A DNA stretch of 58,790 nt. It comes from Microbispora sp. Lineage in GTDB: Bacteria > Actinomycetota > Actinomycetes > Streptosporangiales > Streptosporangiaceae. Numbering within the stretch: the first letter of the stretch is position 1; every line of letters starts with the position of its first letter. Location of the stretch: NCBI GenBank assembly GCA_019689655.1, contig JADGHC010000001.1:1-58790 (forward strand), written 5' to 3'. This document shows positions 10,705 to 23,210 of this stretch, one piece after another. The notes beneath the pieces are model-generated. The model saw only the letters and a list, made by a program, of their open reading frames with translations, was not told the origin of the DNA and did no database searches. The position numbers and the translations under genes were made by a program.

Positions 10705-13209
10705 GTGAAGGCCGTCGTCATGGCGGGCGGGGAGGGGACACGGCTGCGGCCGATGACCGCCAATCAGCCCAAGCCCCTGCTCCCCATCATCAACCGGCCG
10801 ATCATGGAACACGTGCTTCGGCTGCTGAAGCGGCACGGGTTCACCGAGACCGTGGTGACCGTGCAGTTCCTGGCCGCACTGATCCGCAACTACTTCGGCG
10901 ACGGCGACGAACTGGGCATGACCCTCCATTACGCCACCGAGGAGATCCCCCTCGGGACGGCGGGCAGCGTGAAGAACGCCGCCGACAAGCTCCGCGACGA
11001 CCGGTTCCTGGTGATCTCCGGCGACGCGCTCACCGACATCGACCTGACCGACATGCTCCGCTTCCACCGCGAGAACCGGGCGTTGGTCACCATCGGGCTC
11101 AAGCGCGTGCCCAACCCGCTGGAGTTCGGGATCATCATCGTGGACGACAACGGCCGCATCCAGCGCTTCCTGGAGAAGCCCACCTGGGGCCAGGTGTTCT
11201 CCGACACGGTCAACACCGGCATCTACGTCATGGAGCCGTCGGTCCTCGACGAGATCGCCCCGGGCCGGCCGGTGGACTGGTCGTCCGACGTCTTCCCCCG
11301 GCTGCTCGAACGGGGCTGCCGGCTGTTCGGCTACGTGGCCGACGGCTACTGGGAGGACGTCGGCACCCACGAGAGCTACCTGAAGGCCCAGGCCGACGTG
11401 CTGGAGGGCAAGGTCAAGGTCGACTTCGACGCCTTCGAACTGGCCCCGGGCGTGTGGGCCGCCGAGGGCGCTTCGGTGGACCCCGAGGCCGTGCTCAAGG
11501 GCCCCCTCTACATCGGTGACTACGCGAAGGTCGAGGCCGGCGCCGAGCTGCGGGAGTACACCGTGCTCGGCAGCAACGCCGTCGTCAAGGAGGGCGCGTT
11601 CCTGCACCGCGCGGTGATCAACGACAACGTCTACGTCGGCCCGGCCGCCCACCTGCGCGGCTGCGTGATCGGCAAGAACACCGACGTCATGACCGGCGCG
11701 AGGATCGAGGAGAACGCCGTCGTCGGCGACGAGTGCGTCATCGAGGCCGAGGCGTACGTCTCCTCCGGCGTGAAGATCTACCCGTTCAAGACGATAGAGG
11801 CGGGCTCGGTCGTCAACACCAGCGTCATCTGGGAATCGCGCGGCCAGCGCAGCCTGTTCGGCCCCCGCGGGGTCTCCGGGCTGGTCAACGTCGAGATCAC
11901 CCCGGAGCTGTGCGTACGGCTGGCCAGCGCGTACGCCACGACGCTGCGCAAGGGCGACACGGTGGTCACCTCCCGCGACGCCTCGCGCGCCGCCCGGGCG
12001 CTCAAGCGTGCGGTGATCAGCGCGCTGAACTCCAGCGCGATCAACGTGGTCGACCTGGAGGCCGCCGCCCTGCCGGTCGCCCGGTTCAACACCTCCAGGG
12101 AGAACGTCCGCGGCGGCATCGCGCTGCGCACCACGGCCGGCGACCCCCAGAGCGTCGACATCCTGTTCATGGACGAGACGGGGGCCGACCTGTCCCAGGC
12201 GGCCCAGCGCAAGCTGGAGCGGGTCTTCTCCCGCCAGGAGTACCGGCGCGCGTTCCCCGGGGAGATCGCCGAGCTGACCTTCCCGGCCCGCGCCGTCGAC
12301 ACCTACGCCCGGGAGCTGCTGGCCTGCATCGACATGTCCGGGGTGAAGGAAACCGGCATGAAGGTCGTGGTCGACTGTGCGGGCGGCACCTCCTCGCTCG
12401 TGCTGCCGAGCCTGCTGGGCCGGGCCGGGGTCGACGTGCTGACCGTGAACAACCGCCTCGACGACGCCTCGCCCACCGAGACCCTCGCCGAGCGCCGCCG
12501 CGACCTGCAGCGCCTGGCGGAGCTGGTGGCCTCGTCGCGGGCCGCCTTCGGCGTGCGGTTCGACCCGGTGGGGGAGCGGATCTCGCTGGTGGACGAGATG
12601 GGCCAGCTCATCGGCGAGGAACGGGCACTGCTCGTCGTGCTCGACCTGGTGGCGGCCGAGCGCCGGGGCGGCCGGGTGGCCCTGCCGGTCACGACCACCC
12701 GGGTGGCGGAGATGGTGTGCCGCTTCCACGGCGTGCAGGTCGACTGGACGGCCACGAGCCTCGACACGCTGACGCGGGCGGCCAGGCACCCCGACACGAT
12801 CTTCGCCGGCGACGGGAAGGGCGGTTTCATCGTGCCGGAGTTCGCGCCCACCGTGGACGGGCTGGCGGTGTTCCTGCGCCTGCTCGGCCTGGTCGCGCGC
12901 ACCCGGCTGTCGCTCAGCCAGATCGACGCGCGGATCCCCGAGGCCAAGCTGCTCAAGCGGACCGTTCCAACGCCCTGGGCGCACAAGGGGGCCGTCATGC
13001 GCTCGGTCGTCGAGGCGGCCGAGGGGCACCGGCTGGACACCACCGACGGCGTCCGCATCGTGGAGGACGACGGCAGCTGGGCCCTCGTCCTGCCCGACCC
13101 CGCCGAGGCCGTGACCCACCTGTGGGCCGAGGGCCACGACATGGACACCGCGCAGGCCCTCCTGGAGCGCTGGGCCCACGTCGTGGAACAGGCCGCCGGC
13201 ACCCGCTGA
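10705..13209 (+). CDS. Mannose-1-phosphate guanylyltransferase fused to a degenerate phosphomannomutase-like domain
   Basis: [16 protein letters not shown]-transferase motif, hexapeptide repeats, C-terminal PGM/PMM fold. Confidence 0.85.
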   Translation: MKAVVMAGGEGTRLRPMTANQPKPLLPIINRPIMEHVLRLLKRHGFTETVVTVQFLAALIRNYFGDGDELGMTLHYATEEIPLGTAGSVKNAADKLRDDRFLVISGDALTDIDLTDMLRFHRENRALVTIGLKRVPNPLEFGIIIVDDNGRIQRFLEKPTWGQVFSDTVNTGIYVMEPSVLDEIAPGRPVDWSSDVFPRLLERGCRLFGYVADGYWEDVGTHESYLKAQADVLEGKVKVDFDAFELAPGVWAAEGASVDPEAVLKGPLYIGDYAKVEAGAELREYTVLGSNAVVKEGAFLHRAVINDNVYVGPAAHLRGCVIGKNTDVMTGARIEENAVVGDECVIEAEAYVSSGVKIYPFKTIEAGSVVNTSVIWESRGQRSLFGPRGVSGLVNVEITPELCVRLASAYATTLRKGDTVVTSRDASRAARALKRAVISALNSSAINVVDLEAAALPVARFNTSRENVRGGIALRTTAGDPQSVDILFMDETGADLSQAAQRKLERVFSRQEYRRAFPGEIAELTFPARAVDTYARELLACIDMSGVKETGMKVVVDCAGGTSSLVLPSLLGRAGVDVLTVNNRLDDASPTETLAERRRDLQRLAELVASSRAAFGVRFDPVGERISLVDEMGQLIGEERALLVVLDLVAAERRGGRVALPVTTTRVAEMVCRFHGVQVDWTATSLDTLTRAARHPDTIFAGDGKGGFIVPEFAPTVDGLAVFLRLLGLVARTRLSLSQIDARIPEAKLLKRTVPTPWAHKGAVMRSVVEAAEGHRLDTTDGVRIVEDDGSWALVLPDPAEAVTHLWAEGHDMDTAQALLERWAHVVEQAAGTR

Positions 13210-13599
13210 CGCCCCACGTGAGCCGTGGCGCGCCCGTCCCGGTAGGGGGGAAGCCCCCGGGCGACGAGGGGTGCTCATGGCGCCCCACATCGGCCCGAGG
13301 GCTCCCCGGCCCGCCTCACCGGCGATGAACGCGAGCACTGGGGAGAGCGGAAGCGAGGGACGAGCTTCCGGACGACCGGGGCCGTGCTCACGGCCCGCCT
13401 CCGGCACGACATGCCGCCCGGGGGAACCGAGCCGCGGCGCCGGAGGCGCGGCGGGGAACATCCGGACGACGAAGGGAGGAGCTGCGCGCGGGCGCTTTAG
13501 CCGTGCGAGCGGGGCGAGCGCAACCAAACACTGTGTGGCGGGATGGACCTTGAACCTCTGCTGGCTGTAGCGTTGGTCAGTCCGCGCCCAGGCGCGGTC

Positions 13600-13628
13600 T
13601 TGACCTTTGTGCCTGATCAGCGTAAGTT
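13600..13628 (+). promoter_or_regulatory. Housekeeping-sigma promoter of the garA operon
   Basis: TTGACC-17 bp-TAAGTT. Confidence 0.55.
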
Positions 13629-13687
13629 GCGGCATTCGCAGTTTGAGCTAGTCATAGAGCAAGTCGTGAGAGAGGCCGAGCCGTTCG

Positions 13688-14191
13688 ATGCCCAGCGTCT
13701 ACTGCACGCAGTGCGGTCATGCCAACCCCGAGGATGCCCGTTTCTGTTCACGATGCGGTTCGCCGCTGAGCGCTCCGGCGCCTGTCGCAGCCGACACGAC
13801 CTCGACGATTTCGCTCGAGGCGCTTGAGGCGGAGGCGGGGCAGGCGCTTTTGCCGGACAGGTCGGCGGTCGAGCAGCTGCCCCCGGGAACGGCTCTTCTG
13901 GTGGTCATGCGGGGCCCGAACGCGGGCAGCAGGTTTCTGCTCGACAGCGACCTCACCACGGCGGGTCGCCACCCGGAAAGCGACATCTTCCTGGACGATG
14001 TGACCGTGTCCAGAAGACACGTGGAGTTCTACCGGCGCGGCGGCCAGTTCACCGTACGGGACGTGGGCAGCCTCAACGGCACCTACGTCAACCGGGAGCG
14101 CATCGAGGAGTCTCCGCTGCAGGGCGGCGACGAGGTGCAGATCGGCAAGTTCCGGCTGGTATTCCTCACACGTGGTCCCGGAGGGCTGTGA
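13688..14191 (+). CDS. garA: FHA-domain protein GarA/OdhI-like with N-terminal zinc ribbon
   Basis: CxxC...CxxC, DTTS phosphorylation motif, GRHPESDIFLDDVTVSRRH and SLNGTYVN. Confidence 0.85.
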   Translation: MPSVYCTQCGHANPEDARFCSRCGSPLSAPAPVAADTTSTISLEALEAEAGQALLPDRSAVEQLPPGTALLVVMRGPNAGSRFLLDSDLTTAGRHPESDIFLDDVTVSRRHVEFYRRGGQFTVRDVGSLNGTYVNRERIEESPLQGGDEVQIGKFRLVFLTRGPGGL

Positions 14192-14210
14192 TCGGTGAGG
14201 AGGAGGAGTC

Positions 14211-14867
14211 ATGAGCGCGCAAGCCGTACGGGCGTTCATGAGCATCGGGGAGGTGCTCGCCCTGCTGCAGGGCGAGTTCCCGGACGTGACCGTCTCCAAA
14301 ATCCGGTTTCTGGAGGGTGAGGGGCTGATCGAGCCCCAGCGGAGCCCTTCCGGGTACCGCAAGTTCACCTACGCCGATGTCGAGCGCCTGCGGTATATCC
14401 TGCGGGCGCAGCGTGACCAGTACCTGCCGCTCCGGGTGATCAAGAATCAGCTGGACGAGCAGGCGGCACGCCCGCACGCCGTGACCGCCGCCTCCCCGCC
14501 CGTGCGCCTGAGCCGGGAGGAGCTCATCCAGGCGGCCGGCATCGACGAGGAGACCCTGGCCGAGATGGAGAGCTTCGGCCTGGTCGCTCCCGTGGCGCGC
14601 CGGTACGACGGCGAGGCGCTGGAGGTCGCGCGCAGCGTGGGGGCGCTGGCGCGGTTCGGCCTGCAGCCGCGGCACCTGAGAGCGGTCCGTGCGGCGGTGG
14701 AGCGGGAGGCCGGTCTGATCGAGCAGGTGGTTGCTCCGCTGCTGCGGCGCAAGGCGCCGGGGGCGATCGCGGAGGCGGACGAGACCGCCAGGGAGATCTC
14801 CGGACTTCTCCAAGAACTGCACAATGCGTTACTGCGTGGGAGTGTTCGCGGCGTTCTGGGGTGGTGA
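14211..14867 (+). CDS. MerR-family regulator (Rv1828/FtsR-like)
   Basis: MSIGEVL...SKIRFLE..GLI.P.RSPSGYRKF; synteny with garA. Confidence 0.85.
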   Translation: MSAQAVRAFMSIGEVLALLQGEFPDVTVSKIRFLEGEGLIEPQRSPSGYRKFTYADVERLRYILRAQRDQYLPLRVIKNQLDEQAARPHAVTAASPPVRLSREELIQAAGIDEETLAEMESFGLVAPVARRYDGEALEVARSVGALARFGLQPRHLRAVRAAVEREAGLIEQVVAPLLRRKAPGAIAEADETAREISGLLQELHNALLRGSVRGVLGW

Positions 14868-14943
14868 CCGGCACATCCGCTCCCCTGTGGGTGTTACGTT
14901 GAATGCCTGGTGATATGCCGCGACGCTTGAGACGGAGCCGCCC

Positions 14944-15414
14944 GTGTTGCAGATGGAGGTCGTGGGGGTTCGCGTTGAGATGCCCACCAACCAGCCGATC
15001 GTTCTCCTGAAGGAGACGAGCGGTGATCGGTACCTGCCGATCTGGATAGGCATGACCGAGGCGACCGCGATCGCGCTCGCCCAGGCCGAGGAGCCGCCGC
15101 CACGGCCGTTGACTCACGACTTGTTCCGTGACGTTCTCGAGGCCTTGGGGGTGCGGTTGCGCACCGTCAACATCGTCGCGCTCCGCGATGGAATCTTCTT
15201 CGCCGATCTGGTCTTCTCCAACGGTGTGGAGGTCAGCGCCCGTCCTTCGGACTCGATCGCGCTGGCGTTGCGTACGGGTGCGACGATCTACGCGAGTGAG
15301 GACGTGATCCAGGAGGCGGGTGTGACGATGCCCGACGATCAAGAGGACGAAGTGGAAAAGTTCCGCGAGTTCCTGGACAAAATCACGCCGGAAGACTTCG
15401 GCCGGGCGGGCTGA
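14944..15414 (+). CDS. Bifunctional nuclease family protein (DUF151, Rv1829-like)
   Basis: LPIWIG, RPLTHDL, ARPSDSIALA and EVEKFREFLD motifs. Confidence 0.9.
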   Translation: MLQMEVVGVRVEMPTNQPIVLLKETSGDRYLPIWIGMTEATAIALAQAEEPPPRPLTHDLFRDVLEALGVRLRTVNIVALRDGIFFADLVFSNGVEVSARPSDSIALALRTGATIYASEDVIQEAGVTMPDDQEDEVEKFREFLDKITPEDFGRAG

Positions 15415-15466
15415 CGTGCCGGACGATTTCGGGAGATTACGCTTCACGACGCGCCGGACGGGGTCG

Positions 15467-15495
15467 TTGACTGACGATGGCCCCGGTCCTACGGT
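15467..15495 (+). promoter_or_regulatory. Housekeeping-sigma promoter of the MerR (Rv1830-like) gene
   Basis: TTGACT-17 bp-TACGGT. Confidence 0.6.
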
Positions 15496-15569
15496 GCAAG
15501 GGAAACCACGGTTGTAATTCACGAACCCCCAGATCAGACCGTGGGATGAGAGAAAGCCGGAGGTCCGCA

Positions 15570-16187
15570 GTGGCGGTCAGCAGCGGCGAGGGTAAGTCGG
15601 CGGGCCGGCACGACCCGGTTCGGCAGGCGGCGCGTGAGCGCGCCGGCGAACAGGGTCTGCTGTTCGACGAGCAGCCGACGGCGCTGCCCCAGGACATCGG
15701 ATACCGCGGGCCGACGGCGTGCGCGGCGGCCGGGATCACCTACCGGCAGCTCGACTACTGGGCCCGGACCGAACTGGTGCTCCCGACGATAAGGGCGGCC
15801 CAGGGATCCGGGACCCAGCGACTGTACAGCTTCCGCGACATCCTCGTCTTGAAGGTCGTCAAACGTCTCCTCGACACCGGAGTCTCCCTGCAGCAGATCC
15901 GCACCGCCGTACGGCATCTGCGGGACCGCGGCGTCAACGACCTGGCGCAGATCACCTTGATGAGCGACGGCGTGAGCGTGTACGAGTGCACCTCCGCCGA
16001 CGAGGTGATCGATCTGCTGCAGGGCGGCCAGGGCGTGTTCGGCATCGCGCTGGGGCGGGTCTGGCGGGAGGTCGAGGGTTCGCTTGCCGAGCTTCCGGGT
16101 GAGCGCGCGGAGGCCGCTCCGGATGCGGAGGGGGACCATCCGGCGGACGAGCTCGCCCGCCGCAGAAAGGCCCGCAGGACCGGCTGA
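15570..16187 (+). CDS. MerR-family regulator (Rv1830/McdR-like)
   Basis: GYRGPTACAAAGITYRQLDYWART...QRLYSFRD; GGAGG RBS before GTG at 15570. Confidence 0.9.
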   Translation: MAVSSGEGKSAGRHDPVRQAARERAGEQGLLFDEQPTALPQDIGYRGPTACAAAGITYRQLDYWARTELVLPTIRAAQGSGTQRLYSFRDILVLKVVKRLLDTGVSLQQIRTAVRHLRDRGVNDLAQITLMSDGVSVYECTSADEVIDLLQGGQGVFGIALGRVWREVEGSLAELPGERAEAAPDAEGDHPADELARRRKARRTG

Positions 16188-16305
16188 GCCCACGCCTCGG
16201 CGGACACCGGCCGGGTGCCGCTGTCCGGGCCGGTCCGGGCGCGGATTTCCCGCGAGGCGCGAGTGGGGCCGGTCCCGGGTAGCCGGTAGAGTGGAAGACG
16301 GCCGA

Positions 16306-16505
16306 CGACCTCGTGCGGGAGAGACCCCTGGCGGTTCACAGGGGCGCCGAAGGAGCAAACCTCCCCGGAATCTCTCAGGCATCCGTACCGCACGGACGAG
16401 GCGACTCTGAAAAGCAGGCCCGCCGGCCAGGCGGCGCCTCACCGAAGGGGAAAGCCGGGCTCGACGGCCCGGTGAAGCTCTCAGGTCCGATGACAGAGGG
16501 GGAGA
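16306..16505 (+). ncRNA. Tandem glycine riboswitch
   Basis: Two aptamers, GGAGAG...CCGAAGGAGCAA...CTCTCAGG and CTCTGAAA...CCGAAGGGGAAA...CTCTCAGG, directly upstream of gcvP. Confidence 0.92.
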
Positions 16506-16580
16506 CCGCTTGACGACCGGCCGCGCCCGCGGGCGCCGGGCGGTCGCCGCAGGTCTCGACCCGTCCAGGAGGCCCCTGTC

Positions 16581-19406
<2,826 letters not shown>

Positions 19407-19420
19407 GTCGTCTCCCTCTT

Positions 19421-19465
19421 GGGCCGGCCGGGTGGGCGCCCCGCGGCGTCCGCCCGGCCGGTCTT
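19421..19465 (+). terminator. GC-rich hairpin downstream of gcvP
   Basis: GGCCGGCCGGGTGGGCGCC-loop-GGCGTCCGCCCGGCCGGTC. Confidence 0.65.
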
Positions 19466-19578
19466 CGTCGCGGCGGGAGGCTTCCTGCCGGTTCGGCATC
19501 TCGGCCCCGCCCGGCGGCCGGTGTCGTTAAGATCGCGGTGATCGTTCCTCATCACCTGCGACCATGCGAGGCCCCCGT

Positions 19579-20121
19579 ATGACGGCCATCGATTCCGGGC
19601 GGCGGTCCGACCGGCTCGACCACGCGCGCCGGCTCGCCGAGAGCGGCGACCTCGACGCCGCTGCCGCGATCTTCGCGGAGATCGCGGCGGACGAGGACGC
19701 GCCGGATCGCGGCGAGGCCGGGGAGTGCCTGTCCGTCGTGGCCGAGCGCATGGCCGAACGGCTGCTGGAAGACGGCGAGCCCGAGCGAGCCGCCGACGTC
19801 CTGCTGGAGGCGCTGTCGATCAGCGCGGTGGCCGACCCGGCGCGCCTTCGGGTGCTGCTCGGGATGGCGCATCTGGAGATGGCGTGCGCGCAGTTCGCCG
19901 GGGCGGTGGAGGACAGCCGCCAGGAGGGGGCCGACGCCGGCACCGGGGCGCTCGCGATCGAGCTGCTGGCCCGCACGCTGCCGCTGCGCGGCCGCGACGC
20001 GGACGCGGAGACCGTGTGGCGGTACGGCCTCGATCATCCCGACCCGGCGCTCGCCGAGCAGGTGCGGCTCCGCCTGGGGCGGGACGTGCGCCCGGCCATG
20101 GAGGCCGGCGCGGCCGGCTGA
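19579..20121 (+). CDS. Hypothetical helical-repeat (TPR-like) protein
   Basis: GC3-biased ORF with amphipathic helical repeats. Confidence 0.6.
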   Translation: MTAIDSGRRSDRLDHARRLAESGDLDAAAAIFAEIAADEDAPDRGEAGECLSVVAERMAERLLEDGEPERAADVLLEALSISAVADPARLRVLLGMAHLEMACAQFAGAVEDSRQEGADAGTGALAIELLARTLPLRGRDADAETVWRYGLDHPDPALAEQVRLRLGRDVRPAMEAGAAG

Positions 20122-20170
20122 CGGCGCCGCACCGCGTCACCGTGGAGCCGCCCGGGTGACGGCCCGGGGG

Positions 20171-20575
20171 TCAGCGCTGGGAGCGGCGGCTGAGGGCGTA
20201 GGCGAGGTTCACCGCGACGATCCCGCCCCAGGCGAGCAGGAGCCCCGGGAAGTGCCCGGCCCCGGCCGCGATGGCGGTCAGCGGGATGCCGATGCCGAGG
20301 GAGCCGAGAGCCACGCCGACGGCGCTGTCCTTCTGCCTGACCGGAGGGACGGGCGGCTGCCGGCGCAACTGGGCTTCGACTTCGCTCCGCACCCGCGCGG
20401 CGATCTCCACGTCGAGCTTGTCGAGGAACGAGTCGACCAGTGCGTCCTCGTAGTCCGGGCCGAGGTCGCGGCGGGCCGCGATGACGGCACGCAGGTCCTC
20501 ACGGGTCGATTGGGCCGTCACCGGCGGGGGAACGGGACGCCCGGGCGGCTGCTGCGATGCGATATCCGGCACCAT
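20171..20575 (-). CDS. Conserved actinobacterial membrane protein
   Basis: ARRDLGPDYEDALVDSFLDKLD motif plus two C-terminal TM helices; start uncertain. Confidence 0.7.
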   Translation of the reverse strand: MVPDIASQQPPGRPVPPPVTAQSTREDLRAVIAARRDLGPDYEDALVDSFLDKLDVEIAARVRSEVEAQLRRQPPVPPVRQKDSAVGVALGSLGIGIPLTAIAAGAGHFPGLLLAWGGIVAVNLAYALSRRSQR

Positions 20576-20665
20576 GACATTCTGGACCCTTCGCGAGGGT
20601 GCCGCCATCCTCCGATCGGAGGGTCGCCTCCTCATGCTCCGGTCGGACCCGATACCGTCACCGGC

Positions 20666-21262
20666 ATGGAGATCGAGACCCCGCACGGCCGTGCGCTGGC
20701 CGAGGTGGACGAGGCGGCCGATCCCCGGCTGCTGCTGGTCCTGACCCACGGGTCCGGGGGAGGCGTGGACGCCCCCGACCTGCTCGCCGTACGCGACGCG
20801 GTGCTGGCCGCCGGGGGGACGGTCGCGCGGGTGGTCCAGCCGTTCCGGGTGCGCGGGGCGCGGGCGCCGGGGTCGGTGGCCAAGCAGGACGAGGCGTGGC
20901 TGTCGATCGTCGCCGCGCTCCGCGAGCGCTACCCGGGCCTGCCGTTCGTCCAGGGCGGGCGGAGCAACGGCGCGCGGGTCGCCTGCCGCACCGCCCGCGC
21001 CGCCGGGGCCGAGGCGGTGGTGGCGCTCGCGTTCCCGCTGCACCCGCCGGGCAAGCCGGAACGGTCACGGGCGGAAGAACTGCGGCAGGCGGGAACCCCC
21101 GTGCTCGTCGTCAACGGGGATCGGGATCCGTTCGGCGTACCGGACGAAAAGGACGCCGCTCATCTCGTGGTCCTCCCGGGGGAGGGGCACGAGTTCAAGA
21201 AAGACCCCGCCCGGGTGGGCGAGGTGGTGGCGCGCTGGCTGTTTTCGCCTAGGCCGCGCTGA
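20666..21262 (+). CDS. Alpha/beta hydrolase (KANL3/Tex30-like)
   Basis: THGSGG, GGRSNGARVA, FPLHPPGK and DPFG motifs. Confidence 0.85.
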   Translation: MEIETPHGRALAEVDEAADPRLLLVLTHGSGGGVDAPDLLAVRDAVLAAGGTVARVVQPFRVRGARAPGSVAKQDEAWLSIVAALRERYPGLPFVQGGRSNGARVACRTARAAGAEAVVALAFPLHPPGKPERSRAEELRQAGTPVLVVNGDRDPFGVPDEKDAAHLVVLPGEGHEFKKDPARVGEVVARWLFSPRPR

Positions 21263-21449
21263 TGGCCATGTCGGTGGGGCGGTGCGGGGCGATGACGCCG
21301 CCGTCGGGCAGCAGCTCGCCGGTGTCCTCGAACAGCACGACTCCGTTGCAGAGGAGGCTCCAGCCCTGCTCGGGATGGCAGGCTATCGTGCGGGCCGCTT
21401 CTCGGTCCTTCGCGTCCGCGCTTGGACAGGCCGGTTCATGAGGGCACAT
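21249..21449 (-). CDS. Small Cys/His protein, DUF5999-like
   Basis: MCxHxPxCP...HPEQGWSLLCNGVVLFEDTGELLPDG. Confidence 0.85.
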   Translation of the reverse strand: MCPHEPACPSADAKDREAARTIACHPEQGWSLLCNGVVLFEDTGELLPDGGVIAPHRPTDMAISAA

Positions 21450-21819
21450 CGCCGGTGCTCCGTGTCTTTATCGTTCGCTCGTTTGTGTCTTTCCTGGCGT
21501 CCGGGGGTGCCGTCGCCGGCATCCTCCCGTGAGGAACGAGCACGAGGGGTGCGGTATGACGAACACCACACTGGACTCCACCAGTTTGCGGCTCGGCCGC
21601 ATCCGTACGACATAGTCCGTTCGGAGCATTTCCGCCGGTCGGGCAGGGGACCCGGCCGCACCCCGAGCAGGCTCGCGCACACTGATGTGACCTAGTACAC
21701 AAGAATGCCCCATTGCCGGCAATGCTCTGGCCTCGACACGCCGACGCCCGGATAATCAAGAGATTACAAATTCGGGTCATGAGGGGCGGTCGATGCGGAT
21801 GACCGGAAATCGTCCCGGC

Positions 21820-22395
21820 TCAGCCGCCGAGGCCGTCGATCAACGCGTCGAGGCCCCGCTCGAATTCACGCTCACCCTCGGCGGTGCGCGCGTCGCGCAC
21901 CTCGGCGTCCGGGTCGGCCCACCCCGACTGCTGGACCTCGACCGCCACGCTGCCGAACACGTAGGCGCGCAGCGCCCGGACCGCCCCGTCCGGATCGGCG
22001 GCCCCCGCCTCGCGCAACTGCTCGATCTGCTCCCGGATCGCGGCGAGGGCCGCCCCCTTCGGCGGCTTGGTCAGGGCCAGCGACAGCACGCCCGGGTGCT
22101 CCAGCAGCGCGGCGCGGCTCGCGCGGGCCCAGGCGCGCGCCCTGTCCTGCCAGGTGCCGGCGGCCTCCGGATCGACCCGTACGGCCGTCACGTGCTCGGC
22201 GAGGGCGTCCATCAGCGCCTCCTTGCCCCGCGGCAGGTGATGGTAGATGGCCATCGCCTCCACCTGGAGGGCGTCGCCGAGTCGGCGCATGGTCAGCCGG
22301 CGCAGGCCCTGGCCGTCGGCGATGTGCAGGGCGGCGTCGATGATCCGTTCCCTGGACAGGGGGACGGGTGGTCGCTTGGCAGGCACGGCGATCAT
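21820..22395 (-). CDS. TetR/AcrR-family regulator
   Basis: LSRERIIDAAL...LTMRRLGDALQVEAMAIYHH HTH. Confidence 0.9.
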   Translation of the reverse strand: MIAVPAKRPPVPLSRERIIDAALHIADGQGLRRLTMRRLGDALQVEAMAIYHHLPRGKEALMDALAEHVTAVRVDPEAAGTWQDRARAWARASRAALLEHPGVLSLALTKPPKGAALAAIREQIEQLREAGAADPDGAVRALRAYVFGSVAVEVQQSGWADPDAEVRDARTAEGEREFERGLDALIDGLGG

Positions 22396-22404
22396 GCTGC
22401 CACA

Positions 22405-22448
22405 CCCCGCCTTACTTGATAAAGTACCTTACATTGTAAAGGGCGGCG
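22405..22448. other. Motif copy A: imperfect inverted repeat with 11-6-11 layout (candidate recombination site or TetR operator)
   Basis: CCCCGCC TTACTTGATAA AGTACC TTACATTGTAA AGGGCGGCG. Confidence 0.55.
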
Positions 22449-22555
22449 CACCCTGCGGTACGGCGCCCCGCGGGAACCGCGTACGCTACCGATTGCGACG
22501 CGAGTTCGATTGCGCGGAGCCCGATCGCGCGAGTTCGACACCGAAGGGGCTGACG

Positions 22556-23008
22556 ATGGCGTTTTTCCGTCCGCGGGTGAGCCGGGAGGCGGAGGTCCGC
22601 TACCACGCGGATCTGGAGATCCGGAAGAACTTCGGCGACGTGCTGGAGAAGGTCCGGGAGGCGCAGCGGCGGTTCCAGGAGGCGAAGGCGGCGGGCGCGC
22701 CGCTCCCCGAGCTCCGTGAGGCGGCCCTGGGCCTCGACGCCGCGCTGACCGAGGCGCTGCGCGCGGCCGAGGCGGGACAGCGCGCCACGTTCGGCGTGAA
22801 GGCCTACGACAACAGGATCGCCCGGCGCAAGGCCAAGGCCACCCCCGAGGGCGCGCTGTGGACCCACGAGGTGAACCGCCTGCGCACGCTGCGCGAGGCG
22901 CACCGCCTCGGCGGCATCCCCCGGCTGCCCCGCGCCGGCAAGACGGGCGACCCCGCCCGCCTGACCCCGCGCGACGTGCGCAAGAGCCTGGCCGCCGCGA
23001 GCCACTAG
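22556..23008 (+). CDS. Hypothetical helical protein
   Basis: GC3-biased ORF with GAAGGGG RBS; divergent from TetR. Confidence 0.7.
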   Translation: MAFFRPRVSREAEVRYHADLEIRKNFGDVLEKVREAQRRFQEAKAAGAPLPELREAALGLDAALTEALRAAEAGQRATFGVKAYDNRIARRKAKATPEGALWTHEVNRLRTLREAHRLGGIPRLPRAGKTGDPARLTPRDVRKSLAAASH

Positions 23009-23161
23009 GCGACCGCCGGGCAGCCGGGCGGCGAACGCGAGCGGTGGGGCCGGCAGCGTATTCCACACCGAGCGGGATCGGCCGCGATCGTGGGGCGACC
23101 GCGCGTCGGCGACGGCCCGCCCGCTCCGCGGCGGCGGACGGCCCCCGGGCCCGGACCAGAC

Positions 23162-23205
23162 ATGCGTACGGCCCGCACCCCCGGAGGGACGCGGGCCGTA
23201 CGCGT
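23162..23205. terminator. Hairpin between convergent genes (bidirectional terminator)
   Basis: GCGTACGGCCCGC...GCGGGCCGTACGC stem. Confidence 0.7.
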
Positions 23206-23210
23206 GGCGA

